Origin: Candidatus Spyradenecus sp.
GTDB lineage: Bacteria; Verrucomicrobiota; Verrucomicrobiia; Opitutales; UBA953
Direction: 5' to 3'
NCBI GenBank assembly: GCA_045535075.1
Contig: JAZSKX010000007.1
Span: forward strand, 32,001 to 96,000
Length of the DNA: 64,000 bases
In this document: one piece after another, positions 40,101-49,146 of the stretch
How positions within the stretch are numbered: position 1 is the stretch's first letter
How the letters are laid out: each line of letters opens with the position of its first letter
The notes under the pieces: model-generated
Databases searched by the model: none
What the model was told of the DNA's origin: nothing
Seen by the model: only the letters and a program-made list of their open reading frames with translations
Translations under genes and position numbers: made by a program

Positions 40101-40416
40101 CAGCCTGCGTGCGCGTATCGGGTGCGGCTTCTCGTGGGGATTTGACCTCGCGGGAACGGATTGGCGCCTGGGATTGGATCTCGCATATTCGCACGATTTC
40201 CTCGGCGACGAAGTCGATGTCGAAGTTATGTCGAAGGGCGGAGATTTTATTGCGGAAACGGCAAAAGCGCTTCCGGAAGATGTTTTCTCCGCCGGGCCGA
40301 CGCTGAACGTAAATCTCAATTCGACCATGAGCATTTACGGCGGCTACACGTTTAGCACGGGAACGGACGCTTATACGAATCACAGCACCAATCTCGGTTT
40401 CCGTATGCGTTTCTAA
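34168..40416 (+). CDS. Autotransporter with S8 (kexin-like) domain, P-domain-like region and beta-helical repeats
   Basis: Signal peptide; FSDYG, APG, GTSAAGPLVAG, YGFGLVD; Gly/Thr-rich repeats; C-terminal barrel ending LGFRMRF. Confidence 0.9.
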   Translation: MNSCPIFSKNFLLVAGLLAASAGTLTAVSPTEVFSDPLVSYQWQWHPDQGGINIADVWDSGVTGEGVVIGIAGYWVEPFHEDLNVSTYNPGTNWQTADLSQGLSYDFNRPGTSPKETDDQFYPNENAHETAGAGMAGAVGGNGVGLVGAAPGSTIAGLRGHYRAETFLWASGVAADGTYLGEAEIDVKNFYLGSFYGYSGDLSKDSVGEYLNLAAQNNVVFTCSAYNSRGESNHQYGFPSNCGWLPEANHASVINVAATDKFRRYASFSDYGANVFIAAPGNAVPSTDRTGDLGYTSGYSWAPSGNYYSFGGTSAAGPLVAGVMALGKQVCPDMDARWAKHALAWSSGHNEAPNIDPDEFHYAWESPTGFWQKNNGGYWFNNNYGFGLVDPVKFVDATRDILYTTTGTTFTQTSAGIEKIASTETATGTLRTAEFSVKIGDGALAQNIETVSVHVEFSDAAQVNLDLTTLKVTLIAPDDAKSIVIQGSVGDASTTADAKHFSGYKFLSNAFWGASYGAENWRVLVEYSVDDGVNTTDWVSVDSVEFTQGEVIFEADDVAIAESESVNADMLALESGSFSVAGTMRVEDSVSINAGTFELAESGTLAAYTGGVFGAEKGVKYTQNGGSATIRGDATFKRGATLNGGTLNLYKTLAAGTGMTVNGGTLNVGATGTEISVGAALPVYGGKLVLAENAMFGTALNVEGGFVEINNGATLSKKVAVGKNGEEAIGGSLSAAGTIVAKSGIEFAGKATGTFAKDTAIKEGGLTLSGGSVVWSGMLTVDGGITVSSGALGSTAGNIASYAGNVTNAGTLGIAANASVVFAEGATFINGANKIDLASGSALRLESGISGNNLAGTLSGSGKLTLTQDTDFDANVDAFAGTLAIENGVLSVGAGANLNLATNAVLELGVSDAADWLAVNVASGGNVSFAKGSGLIVNFTGVLGETSEFTVMNWADDASVSGLFNLERGDGIALYVGGVEYANDNWTFEVAQNSLKLKLDVVVVDIREAQQNAVLSDEGYIANFAVSLTEYSGIVSGKGDVNSVGTLAFSGNFANLSGTVYVNAGSFTIKEAATLGSENYVVAAAGTLSLEGTRDFGQSVAGAGALVTNGNITLSGDASAHTGTTKVESGTLTIAQGAKLGTGAFNVAGTLGLVGDRTFNNASTGAGTLDVISGTTTFTTNVGTENFDISENAAASFEGTATGFSGKLTGAGTLATAKDFVLSGDASGFEGKTSVKAGTFTVTEAASLGTGDFEVAGTLALKGNRTFGNTTSGAGTLSVASGTTTFMKNVGTAKLDISADAVAKFDAVAGFAGTLTGAGALTTEKDFSFSGDASGFSGKTSVTAGTFAVAAGSKLGSGVFEVDGVLALSGDRTFENTTSGKGLIDLVSGTTAFATAVGVAKLDISENAVAKFEGDDAGFSGTLTGAGALTTAKDFSLSGDASGFSGKTSVTGGTFAVASGTELGTGDFELAGNLDLDGTRRFSNKISGDGALVVRGDVIFEADASAFSGKTQIEQGGKLTLPQSSEIGSEFVVYGELNLEGTRTFANTTSGSGTIALAPASNLAFANNVGAKTISVAEGATLRGGVTMTYGAGSRIVIAGELQLNLDKGETVVLNGGRAVLETSSSLNFLTKKPVAMKLRDETGVDKLADGETVSIFTDGIVEGDVLGFLENDAILSDFAARSMVVYDLSHGLNVRVASGIAENADVDTAGLSESYLAWSMKDARNTFDSIQSGFWNIDDPVLSGGNDPLLRAILGGDSSAARAVLDRLSPKSYAAMVAMAAESFHSDVRSVASRLEQRRYDRFAENARWEFFAQAQFSSFETDTKTDSAMFDFDTNGVFAGADYKTSAETIVGIAFGADNGEAKIHNGGGKIESSDLRFTAYFGKTFNDRFYLNAGTQLGYANYDVKRKTDYGNARGDTHGLSGGVFAETGALLTLSEKENIFAMPYIGLAYTHSQIDGFEEDGTEKAFDADTIKGDSLRARIGCGFSWGFDLAGTDWRLGLDLAYSHDFLGDEVDVEVMSKGGDFIAETAKALPEDVFSAGPTLNVNLNSTMSIYGGYTFSTGTDAYTNHSTNLGFRMRF
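37513..38800 (+). repeat. About 108-aa tandem repeats in the autotransporter passenger
   Basis: SGDAS motif recurs at 37513, 37837, 38158, 38482 (spacing 324/321/324 bp). Confidence 0.85.
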
Positions 40417-40450
40417 ATCGGGATTCTGAAAAATCAGTCTCGTTCCGAAG

Positions 40451-40486
40451 AGCGTTCCCGCGGGTGTTTCTGCGGGAACGTTTTTT
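40451..40486 (+). terminator. Terminator built from inverted motif pair
   Basis: CGTTCCCGCGG..CTGCGGGAACG followed by T6. Confidence 0.8.
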
Positions 40487-40565
40487 CTCTGCGCTATGCG
40501 AATTCGCTTGCCAATTGAAGTTTATTCCGTGAAGGTTTTTTGATAAATTTAACGTTTCTTTTTTT

Positions 40566-43193
40566 ATGAAGTCTTTGGTTATCGCAGAAAAGCCGTCCGT
40601 TGCAAAAGATATTGCGAAGGTTTTGAAGGTTCCCGCAAAGGGAGATATTTTCGAAAATAACGAATACGTCATTTCCTCGGCAGTCGGGCATTTGGTGTCT
40701 CTTTGCGATCCGGACGATTATGATGCGAAGTTGAAACGTTGGTCGCGTAAGACGCTTCCGATTCTTCCGAAAACTTTTAAACTCAAGGCTTCCGCCGAGC
40801 GCGGCGCGAAAGATCAGTTTTTAAAACTGAAAAAACTCATGGAACGCGCAGACGTCGATTGCGTTATCAACGCGTGCGACGCCGGGCGGGAAGGAGAATT
40901 GATTTTTGCTTACATTTACGATCTCGCCGGTTGCCGAAAGGCAACTAAGCGCCTTTGGCTGACAAGCATGACGCCGACTGCCGTGCGCGAGGGCTTTGAA
41001 AATCTTCTCGCCGGAGAAGAAAAATTCAATCTCTGCGAAGCCGCACGTTGCCGAGCCGAATCCGATTGGCTTATCGGCATGAACGGAACGCGAGCCGTTA
41101 CTTTGCGGACGAGCCCGGCGGGAAAAGGACAGGTGGCGACGGTCGGTCGCGTGCAAACCCCGACGCTCTCGCTGATTGTTCAGCGCGAACTCGATATTCG
41201 TAATTTTGACCCGAAGGCGTATTGGCGCATTGTCGGCGAATTCGGACTTGCCGCGGGAACGTACGAAGGCGTTTACCAACGTCCGGATTTTAAAAAATCC
41301 GACAAAAACGACGGGAACGCCGAAGCCGGCGACAAAGCTGACCGCATTTGGAACAAAGAGCAGGCGGAAGCGATTTTTGAAGCCTGCAAAAATGCGGGAA
41401 CGGGAACGATTACCGAAGAGAAAAAACACACAACCGAAGCTTGCCAGCGCCTTTACGATTTGACGACGCTTCAGCGCGAAGCCAACAAACGTTTCGGGTT
41501 CCCGGCGACGAAAACGCTTCAAATCGCACAAGCTCTCTACGAAAAACACAAGGCAACCACCTATCCGCGAACCGATTCGCGGGCGCTTCCCGAAGATTAT
41601 ATCGGCACTTGCTACCGTACGCTCGAAGCCCTCGAAGTGCGCGGAAACGTCGGAAAATTTGCCGCGCGCGTTTGCGAAAATAAATGGGTACGCCCGAACA
41701 AACGCATCTTCAATAACAAGGAAATTTCCGATCACTTTGCGATTATTCCGACCGACCAGCCGCCCAAAAGCGCTCTTTCCGCCGACGAGGAAAAAATCTA
41801 TGACATGGTCGTTCGTCGATTTATCGCCGTGTTTTTTCCTCCTGCGGAGTTCGACGTAACAACGCGTATGACTTGCGTTGCCGGGCATAATTTTAAAACC
41901 GAAGGAAAAGTTCTCGTCGTTCCCGGCTGGAAAGAAATCTACGGGCGCGAGGAAGGGAAAGCCGAAGATTCGCTTCCGGCGGTAACGGATGCGGACGGCG
42001 TGCCCGCGCAGGCGAAAGTCCTTGAAGTGCAGTGCCAGGAAGAATCAACAAAACCGCCGGCGCGCTACACCGAAGCGACGCTCCTGGCGGCGATGGAAAG
42101 CGCCGGAAAATTCGTCGAAGACGAAGAGCTCGCTCTTGCAATGAAAGAGCGCGGGCTCGGAACGCCGGCAACGCGTGCGGGAATCATTGATCATTTAATT
42201 AAAACAAAATACGTCGATCGAGCCGGGCGTGATTTGGTGCCGACGATCAAGGCGGAACAGCTGATGGCGTTTCTCAAGGTAACGGATGTCGAAATTCTCA
42301 CCAGCCCGGCGATGACCGGCGATTGGGAATTCCGCTTGCAGGAAGTCGCCGAAGGCAAGCGTTCCCGTAAGGAATTCATGGAAGGCATTGTTTCGCTTGC
42401 GACGCAAATCGTCGAAAAAGTCGGCTCCGACGGCGGCGACGATCAGTGGAACGAAACCGACATTATTTCTCCGACGGACGGAAAGGTTTTGCTCGAAAAT
42501 TATCGACTTTATCGTTCGCAGGATTCGGTTGTCGTAGGCAACGGCCGTTCTTTTCCGGCTCTTGTTATTTATAAAAATGCAAGCGGACACAACCTGACGA
42601 TTGAGGAGGTTCGGACGCTTGTTTCGGCGGGTGAAATCGGTCCGATCGAGGACTTTAAATCTCGATTCGGCAAACCGTTTACGGCGACACTCAAGCTCGA
42701 AAAAAATGAAAGCGGACTTTTGCGTTCGACCTTTGTTTTCCCGGAACGCGAAGGCGATGCGGCGGCAGCGGCGTTCGATTATTCCACGGGAACGGTCATC
42801 GGCGAATGCCCTGTAACCAAACTCAAAATTTACGACACGCCGAACGGTTATCGCCCCAATCCGGAAGAAGCGAAAGCGCAAAAAAATACTCCGTTCTCGA
42901 TGGCAAAGAAAATGCTCGGAGCCGAAATTACGCTCGAGCAAGTGCAAAAACTTTTGACCGAAGGCAAAACGGATTTAATCCAAGGATTTATTTCCAATCG
43001 TACGAAACGTCCGTTCGACGCGTTTTTGTGTTTGGGAAAAAATTCGACGAAGGTGCGTTTCGAGTTCCCGCCGCGTGAAGCCAAGCCGAAAGCGGAAAAG
43101 AAAAAAACACCCGCCAAGCGCAAGCTCATCAAAAAGCCGGCGAGCGGCGCGGGAATCAAAGCCAACGACGATACCGACATTCAAGTCGGATAA
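40566..43193 (+). CDS. topB: DNA topoisomerase III
   Basis: IAEKPSVA, NACDAGREGELIF, GRVQTPTL, TYPRTDS, GLGTPATRA, C-terminal Toprim repeats. Confidence 0.93.
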   Translation: MKSLVIAEKPSVAKDIAKVLKVPAKGDIFENNEYVISSAVGHLVSLCDPDDYDAKLKRWSRKTLPILPKTFKLKASAERGAKDQFLKLKKLMERADVDCVINACDAGREGELIFAYIYDLAGCRKATKRLWLTSMTPTAVREGFENLLAGEEKFNLCEAARCRAESDWLIGMNGTRAVTLRTSPAGKGQVATVGRVQTPTLSLIVQRELDIRNFDPKAYWRIVGEFGLAAGTYEGVYQRPDFKKSDKNDGNAEAGDKADRIWNKEQAEAIFEACKNAGTGTITEEKKHTTEACQRLYDLTTLQREANKRFGFPATKTLQIAQALYEKHKATTYPRTDSRALPEDYIGTCYRTLEALEVRGNVGKFAARVCENKWVRPNKRIFNNKEISDHFAIIPTDQPPKSALSADEEKIYDMVVRRFIAVFFPPAEFDVTTRMTCVAGHNFKTEGKVLVVPGWKEIYGREEGKAEDSLPAVTDADGVPAQAKVLEVQCQEESTKPPARYTEATLLAAMESAGKFVEDEELALAMKERGLGTPATRAGIIDHLIKTKYVDRAGRDLVPTIKAEQLMAFLKVTDVEILTSPAMTGDWEFRLQEVAEGKRSRKEFMEGIVSLATQIVEKVGSDGGDDQWNETDIISPTDGKVLLENYRLYRSQDSVVVGNGRSFPALVIYKNASGHNLTIEEVRTLVSAGEIGPIEDFKSRFGKPFTATLKLEKNESGLLRSTFVFPEREGDAAAAAFDYSTGTVIGECPVTKLKIYDTPNGYRPNPEEAKAQKNTPFSMAKKMLGAEITLEQVQKLLTEGKTDLIQGFISNRTKRPFDAFLCLGKNSTKVRFEFPPREAKPKAEKKKTPAKRKLIKKPASGAGIKANDDTDIQVG

Positions 43194-43227
43194 TGTTTCC
43201 GAATAAAATAGTTAATTGCTTGTTGGC

Positions 43228-44397
43228 ATGAGCGTTCGTATTTGCGAACTCGATTCGGAGAATTATTTCCGGAAAATTGCCGCGCACTACGGGAGCGACG
43301 AAAATATTTTTTTGCTCAATCCGACATGGAGCGGCGCTCAACGCTCCGTTGCCGAAACCTTGATAGGTCAATTTGAAAAAGCTTCTCCGGATGTTCGCGG
43401 AAAAATCTTTATCGCCAGCGGCGGGAGCGGCGGAAAAATCCGCTTCGTTGCCCACACGCAGAAAAGTTTGGAAGCCAGCGCGCATGCACTGATTCGGCAT
43501 TTGAAAATTTCTGCGGGAACGGCGTTTAACTGCTTTTCCTGCCTGCCGCCGTGGCATATCAGCGGATTGATGACTTATGTCCGTTCCCGTGTATCCGGCG
43601 GAAAATTACATATCGCTTCCGATACCGGCTTTCATAATGCGTCTTCTTTGGAAAATTTTCGAGATTTTGCAGGAGAATTTTGGACAGTCTCTCTCGTTCC
43701 TACGCAATTGATGCGTATTTTTGATTTGCCCGGAGGCGTGAATTGGTTGCGACAATTTGATTTTATTTTGCTCGGAGGGGCTGCCGTTCCCGTCGGACTG
43801 ATTGAACGGGCTCAAGCGGAAAAATTGAATTTCGGAATCGGATACGGCATGACGGAGACGGCATCGCTCGTGAGTCTTTGGAAAAACGGAGAAGGCGAAG
43901 AAATCGCGGGAACGACGCTTCCGCACGCGAAAATCACGCTTTCCGAAGCTGATTCCCGAATCCGCATTGCGGCTGATTCATTGGGCGAAACGCTGGACGA
44001 AAGCGGCGTTTTACTTCCGAATCCGAACGGTATTTTTGAAACCAACGACGAAGGGTGTTTCAACAAATCCGCTCGTCTTCGGGTGCTTGGGCGCGCGGAT
44101 CGTTACATCAACTCGGGCGGCGAAAAAATCGATCCGAAACTTGTCGAAAACGCCTTGCGCGATGCGGGCGCGAAAGAGGTTTTGGTGGCAGGAGAGCCTG
44201 ATGCCGAGTGGGGACAACGCGTTGTAGCGCTTTTGGTGTCGCCGTTCCCGCAGGACACGATCTGCCGCTTGCGTGAAAAACTTCCTTCGTGGATGTTGCC
44301 CAAACGCCTTATTCCCGTTCCCGTACTTCCGATTGATTCTAAAGGAAAAGTCGATTGCATCGCATTAGATAGGATTTTATCGGAGAAAAATTCTTAA
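43228..44397 (+). CDS. AMP-binding enzyme, MenE-like
   Basis: SGGSGG, LP.WHISG, SLVPTQL, YGMTET, GRAD..INSGGEKI, PDAEWGQ. Confidence 0.8.
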   Translation: MSVRICELDSENYFRKIAAHYGSDENIFLLNPTWSGAQRSVAETLIGQFEKASPDVRGKIFIASGGSGGKIRFVAHTQKSLEASAHALIRHLKISAGTAFNCFSCLPPWHISGLMTYVRSRVSGGKLHIASDTGFHNASSLENFRDFAGEFWTVSLVPTQLMRIFDLPGGVNWLRQFDFILLGGAAVPVGLIERAQAEKLNFGIGYGMTETASLVSLWKNGEGEEIAGTTLPHAKITLSEADSRIRIAADSLGETLDESGVLLPNPNGIFETNDEGCFNKSARLRVLGRADRYINSGGEKIDPKLVENALRDAGAKEVLVAGEPDAEWGQRVVALLVSPFPQDTICRLREKLPSWMLPKRLIPVPVLPIDSKGKVDCIALDRILSEKNS

Positions 44398-44454
44398 AAT
44401 TTTCCGGATGCCGCTCTCCGATAAGCGTATTCTTTGTTTCCGGAAAGACCTCAC

Positions 44455-44489
44455 AAAAAAAGCGTTCCCGTGAAAAGGAACGCTTTTTT
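44455..44489. terminator. Bidirectional terminator with one full and one partial motif copy
   Basis: AAAAAAAGCGTTCCCGTGAAAAGGAACGCTTTTTT between convergent genes. Confidence 0.8.
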
Positions 44490-44506
44490 GCGAAAGTTTA
44501 TTTTTA

Positions 44507-45463
44507 TTAAACCTTTTTGTTTTCTTGCGCCAAGAACGCAAGAATCGCCTTTTGCGTGTGGAGGCGGTTTTCCGCTTCGTCAAAAATGATGCTTTGCGGA
44601 CCTTTCAGAACGCCTTCGGAAACTTCCTCGCCGATGTGCGCGGGCAGGCAGTGCATGAAATACGCGTCTTTTTTCGCAAGAGACATCAGATGTTCGTTGA
44701 CCTGATAGGGACGGAATTCGCGCAGGCGGCGTTCTTTTTCGTCTTCCATGCCCATGCTCACCCAAACGTCCGTGTAAAGCACGTCTGCGCCTTTGGCGGC
44801 GGCTTCCGGATCCGTCGTGAAGGTGAAATTCGGCGCGATGCCGTCCGCTTCAAACTGCTTGTAAAGTTCCGCCGGCGGCTCGTAGCCCGCGGGACCGCAG
44901 AGCACGACTTCCATGCCGAGATGAACGCAACCGAGCGCGAACGTGTTGCCCATGTTGCAAGCCGTGTCGCCGATGAAAACGATTTTGCGCCCGCGAAGCG
45001 ATTCGCCCATTTTTTTCGCGTTCCCGCCGCTCCAGCGTTCGGCGAGCGTGAACATGTCCGTGTAGAATTGGCACGGGTGGAGAAAATCGGAAAGGGCGTT
45101 GACGACGGGCATCGAGCCTTCGCGGACAAAGGTTTCGAGCAACGAATGTTCGTGGCAACGAATCACCATGCCGTGCAGATAGCGCGAAAGCACTTTCGCC
45201 GTGTCTTCCGGCGTTTCGCCGCGCGCGAGTTGCATATCGTCCGCGTTGAGCATGACGGGATTGCCGCCGAGTTCGCGCACGCCGACTTGGAAGGAGACAC
45301 GCGTCCGCGTCGATTTTTTAAAGAACAGAAGCCCCCAGGATTGGTCGGCAAGCGGCTTCGGCGCATCCGCGCTCCCGCGCGTGGCTTTCAGCTTGGCGGC
45401 GAGTTCAAAAACGTAGGCGGCTTCTTCGACGCTCAAATCGGTTTCTTTCAAAAAATGTCTCAT
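44507..45463 (-). CDS. argF: Ornithine carbamoyltransferase
   Basis: STRTRVSF, HPCQ, YTDVWVSMG, HCLPAH, EAENRLH. Confidence 0.95.
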   Translation of the reverse strand: MRHFLKETDLSVEEAAYVFELAAKLKATRGSADAPKPLADQSWGLLFFKKSTRTRVSFQVGVRELGGNPVMLNADDMQLARGETPEDTAKVLSRYLHGMVIRCHEHSLLETFVREGSMPVVNALSDFLHPCQFYTDMFTLAERWSGGNAKKMGESLRGRKIVFIGDTACNMGNTFALGCVHLGMEVVLCGPAGYEPPAELYKQFEADGIAPNFTFTTDPEAAAKGADVLYTDVWVSMGMEDEKERRLREFRPYQVNEHLMSLAKKDAYFMHCLPAHIGEEVSEGVLKGPQSIIFDEAENRLHTQKAILAFLAQENKKV

Positions 45464-45627
45464 GTTCCGGCTGAATTGAATTAAAAATAAAAGAAAGAAT
45501 TGAATCTTTGCGGAAAGAACCACGCAATTCAATTTTCGACAATTTGCGATGAAGAGCGCGAATACGCGGAAGGGAATTTTTATTTCTTTCCGGAAATTGG
45601 TAGATAAAAAAAGCAATTTCCCCTAGA

Positions 45628-46914
45628 ATGTCGATCATGCGTTTTGCCCCGATTTTCAGCGTTTTGGTTGTTGCTTGTCTCTTAAATCTGACGGTGTTTG
45701 CCGAGGACGAATCAATGGCGGGAACGCATTGTATCGACACGAAAACTCCGGAGGCGTTTTCCGAGAGCGTTACGACATTTTGGAGTGGTGACGGGAACGG
45801 GTTTGTCGGAGCTTGGAATTCCGGCTATGCCGTGCGTTGGCAGAAGACGGAGACTGCGGGAAAGGACGCGCCGATTCAGTACTCTGCATATCTTAGCGGA
45901 ATGAAGATTTTCGGCGTTCCCGCAGAGCAGATTAAGTTGGAAGTCGTTGCCGGAAAGCTTTGCGAAATTGAAATTATGTTTTTCAATAAGGGCGACACGG
46001 CATCGCGTTTGGGATTCGGTTCCGAGAGCGTGAAGTCGCGCGGCGAGAAAAAGGATTTTACCGAGAAACAGTGGGAAAAGTGCGCTGATGAAATTCGTCG
46101 GGTTCTAGGAAAATTCGGCAAGGCGCGCCGCGGGAAAATCGGTTCGCTCAAATTGCGGCGTAGCGTTGAGATTTGGGAAAACGGAGCCAATGCATTTCTG
46201 TTGGATGCGCAGGAAAACGAGTTCGTGCGCGTACTTGTTGTTCCTCGTGTTCAATTAAAGAAGCTGATGTCTTCGGCTGCGGAGCGTGCCAAAGGAGACT
46301 TGCGGGAAAATGTCGTTCGTCGCCCCAACGGAGACGTACTCGTCGGGGAAATTCCGATGGTCGACCAAGGGCAGAAAGGCTATTGCGTTCCCGCGACGAT
46401 TGAGCGCGTTTTGCGTTATTACGGGATCAGCGAACTCGATATGCACAAAATTGCGGAGTTGGCGGAGACAAATGTCGGAGGCGGAACGACGATGCCCGAT
46501 GTTGTTCGCGGCGTAGGGCCTGTTGTTAAAAAAAATCGCCTGAAATTTGCGACGCGCCGCATGCAGTTTGCAAAAATTCGTCAATGCGTGGACAAGGGAA
46601 TTCCGATGTTTTGGTGTATGTTTGCGGCTCCGGATTATTTAAACCGCTTGCGGGCAAATACTTTGGAGCGTGCGGCGGTTTCGGATTTTTCCGCGTTTGC
46701 CAAAAAACTCAAAAATGCCGACAAGCTCGAAATTCCGCGAAACGAATTGATGCGCCACGCTCACGTGTGTCTCATCATCGGTTATAATTCTAAAACAAAA
46801 GAAGTTTGTGTATCCGATTCTTGGGGCGACCATACGGCTGAGCAGTGGATTGCTTTTGAAGACGCTCTTTATGTTACGCAGAAAAACGCGTCGCTTTATA
46901 TTCTTGAAAAATAA
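45628..46914 (+). CDS. Secreted protein with C39-like cysteine peptidase domain
   Basis: Signal peptide; PMVDQGQKGYCVPAT, HVCLIIGY, SDSWG. Confidence 0.8.
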   Translation: MSIMRFAPIFSVLVVACLLNLTVFAEDESMAGTHCIDTKTPEAFSESVTTFWSGDGNGFVGAWNSGYAVRWQKTETAGKDAPIQYSAYLSGMKIFGVPAEQIKLEVVAGKLCEIEIMFFNKGDTASRLGFGSESVKSRGEKKDFTEKQWEKCADEIRRVLGKFGKARRGKIGSLKLRRSVEIWENGANAFLLDAQENEFVRVLVVPRVQLKKLMSSAAERAKGDLRENVVRRPNGDVLVGEIPMVDQGQKGYCVPATIERVLRYYGISELDMHKIAELAETNVGGGTTMPDVVRGVGPVVKKNRLKFATRRMQFAKIRQCVDKGIPMFWCMFAAPDYLNRLRANTLERAAVSDFSAFAKKLKNADKLEIPRNELMRHAHVCLIIGYNSKTKEVCVSDSWGDHTAEQWIAFEDALYVTQKNASLYILEK

Positions 46915-47022
46915 AATCTCGAACGGTTTCTATCGGCGTAAAATGCTCGGCGGAAGCGGAATTCCCCATTCGCGGGAACGCACATTTGACAAGCGGGCGT
47001 TCTTGTTGGAAACTATGAGAAA

Positions 47023-47637
47023 ATGTCCATGTTCAAATTAGTTTTTAGTTCAGCGCTTCTCTCTCTATTGCTTTGTATTTTTCCTTCGGAGCTTTGCGCC
47101 CAGCAAATTTCGGCGCGCCGGATTGCCGCTTTGATTGAGGAAATAACGGCGTTGCGTGATGAAGTGAATCGTTTGCGCGTGGACGTGGAAGATTTGCGCG
47201 CGGAAAATGTGCGTTTGGAAGAATTGGTTCGCAGTAAGAAACGTTCGTCGAGCGATGCCGCGGAAATTGCTGCGTTGCGTGTGGAAATCAACAACAAACT
47301 GGAGGCTCAGCGCCGTGAGATTTCTGCCGAGACCGAGAAACGTATTGCGCGTGTAAGCGCGGAAGTCAACGAAGCTTTGAACAATATGCGGCGCCAGGTT
47401 AACGCCGCGTTGGATTCCGTTCATACGGACAAACCGGTAAAGCCGGCAACTCCGTTGAAAGAACCGAAGGATCTTCCCGCAAAAGGAATTCAATATAAAA
47501 TTAAAGCAGGGGATACGCTTTCTAAAATCGCGCGGGAACACCGCTCGAAGTTGGACTGGATTCTTTATGTGAATCCCGGATTGGATGCGAACCGCCTTCA
47601 GCTCGGCAAGGAAATCGTCATCCCGCAGGCAGAATAA
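47023..47637 (+). CDS. Coiled-coil LysM domain protein
   Basis: Signal peptide, heptad region, YKIKAGDTLSKIA...NP...LQLGKEIVIP. Confidence 0.9.
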   Translation: MSMFKLVFSSALLSLLLCIFPSELCAQQISARRIAALIEEITALRDEVNRLRVDVEDLRAENVRLEELVRSKKRSSSDAAEIAALRVEINNKLEAQRREISAETEKRIARVSAEVNEALNNMRRQVNAALDSVHTDKPVKPATPLKEPKDLPAKGIQYKIKAGDTLSKIAREHRSKLDWILYVNPGLDANRLQLGKEIVIPQAE

Positions 47638-47655
47638 AACACTCTCGACAACATC

Positions 47656-48633
47656 ATGGCACAATCCAAGAAAAAACTCGGTCACGGTCGCGGTATTCAC
47701 GATCTGATTTCTCAGTCTGCGGTCAAAAAAGCCGCGAATGCTTCTTTTAAGAAAAACGTTCCCGTCGCTTCGGCTTCCGGCGCCGTTCCCGTGAGCAAAA
47801 CAGCGGTGCCGATTCCGGCGGCAAATCTTCCCGTTTCGCCGTTTCGCGATTTGCCGATAGAGGCAATTTCCGCCTCGCCTAATCAGTCGCGCCGGAATTT
47901 TGCTGCCGATGCGTTGAACGAACTCGCCGATTCCATCCGCGCTGAAGGACTGATGCAACCGATTGTCGTTCGGGAAAAAAGTAAAGGAGAATTTCAGCTT
48001 ATCGCGGGCGAACGCCGTTGGCGCGCATGTAAGCTAATCGGAATGAAAACAATTTCCGCACGCGTCGTTAAGGCAAGCGATGCTTCCAGCGCGGCGATGA
48101 CACTGATTGAAAATCTTCAGCGGGAAAATCTTGACCCGATTGAAGAAGCTTTCGGCATCGGGAGTTTGATGCGCGATTTCAATCTTACACAGGAAGCCGT
48201 TTCGGAGCGCGTCGGCAAGGCTCGATCATCCGTCGCGAACTCGTTGCGCTTGCTCTCGCTTGACAGGGAAATTCAGGGTTACATCTCCAAGGGGCAACTT
48301 AGCGTCGGACACGCAAAGGTGCTATTGGGAATCGACAATGAGATGGAGCGGCTTTTGCTCGCCCGGCGCTTTGTCGAATCTGCGTGCAGCGTGCGTGATG
48401 CCGAAAAACTTGCCAAGAAGCTCAAGGACGGAAAGGCGGATGCCAAGAGCGGAAGCGGCGACGTTCCCGTAATTCGCCAAATATCTCAGGAGATTTTCAA
48501 TATCGAAAAGAATCTCTGTTCGCATTTGCATACGAAAGTTCAGGTTAAGCACGGGAAGAACTCGGGGAAAATCATTATCGAGTATCACGGGAACGACGAT
48601 CTTGCGCGCCTCCTCGAATGCTTCGGGCTCTAA
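47656..48633 (+). CDS. parB: ParB/Spo0J partition protein
   Basis: LGHGRG, PNQSRRNF, GLMQPIVVR, IAGERRWRA, IENLQRENL, HTH, GKIIIEY. Confidence 0.95.
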   Translation: MAQSKKKLGHGRGIHDLISQSAVKKAANASFKKNVPVASASGAVPVSKTAVPIPAANLPVSPFRDLPIEAISASPNQSRRNFAADALNELADSIRAEGLMQPIVVREKSKGEFQLIAGERRWRACKLIGMKTISARVVKASDASSAAMTLIENLQRENLDPIEEAFGIGSLMRDFNLTQEAVSERVGKARSSVANSLRLLSLDREIQGYISKGQLSVGHAKVLLGIDNEMERLLLARRFVESACSVRDAEKLAKKLKDGKADAKSGSGDVPVIRQISQEIFNIEKNLCSHLHTKVQVKHGKNSGKIIIEYHGNDDLARLLECFGL

Positions 48634-48654
48634 TCCGTAACGGAGAATTTTACA

Positions 48655-49041
48655 ATGTCACAGAGAACTGTTCGCGTTAACGAATTGCTTCGCCTCGAAA
48701 TCAGTGAACAACTTCACCGGCGCTGGCCGACGGAAAGCGTTCGCGTAACGATTACCGCTGTCGATATTTCGCCGGATCTGCGGGAAGCCCGTATCTATTA
48801 TTCCGTCATCGGCGGGAAGGAAGATCGTCTCGCGGCGCGTCGCCTTTTTGAGCGTGTTTCAAAGACTCTGCGCATGGAAGTCTCCAAGCGCGTTATTTTG
48901 AAGTACACGCCGGCGTACCGATTTGTGGAAGACAAAGGTGTTGCCCATGGCGTTTCCGTGATTGACCTGCTGGATCAGGTTGCTGCCGAAGATGCGGCGC
49001 GCGATGAAAAATACGGAACGCAAGAGCAGGGAAATGATTAA
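48655..49041 (+). CDS. rbfA: Ribosome-binding factor A
   Basis: RTVRVNELL..EIS, VTITAVDISPDLREARIY, LKYTPAYRF. Confidence 0.93.
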   Translation: MSQRTVRVNELLRLEISEQLHRRWPTESVRVTITAVDISPDLREARIYYSVIGGKEDRLAARRLFERVSKTLRMEVSKRVILKYTPAYRFVEDKGVAHGVSVIDLLDQVAAEDAARDEKYGTQEQGND

Positions 49042-49068
49042 ATTTTCCTCGAAAAATATAAAAAAAGA

Positions 49069-49109
49069 AAACAGCCGGTTTTAAGAATGTTAAATCCGGC
49101 TGTTTTTTT
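49069..49109. terminator. Bidirectional terminator
   Basis: AAACAGCCGG...CCGGCTGTTTTTT between rbfA and sdaAA. Confidence 0.75.
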
Positions 49110-49146
49110 ATATCGATTTTATCGGATATGCCGTTCCCGCGTATTG

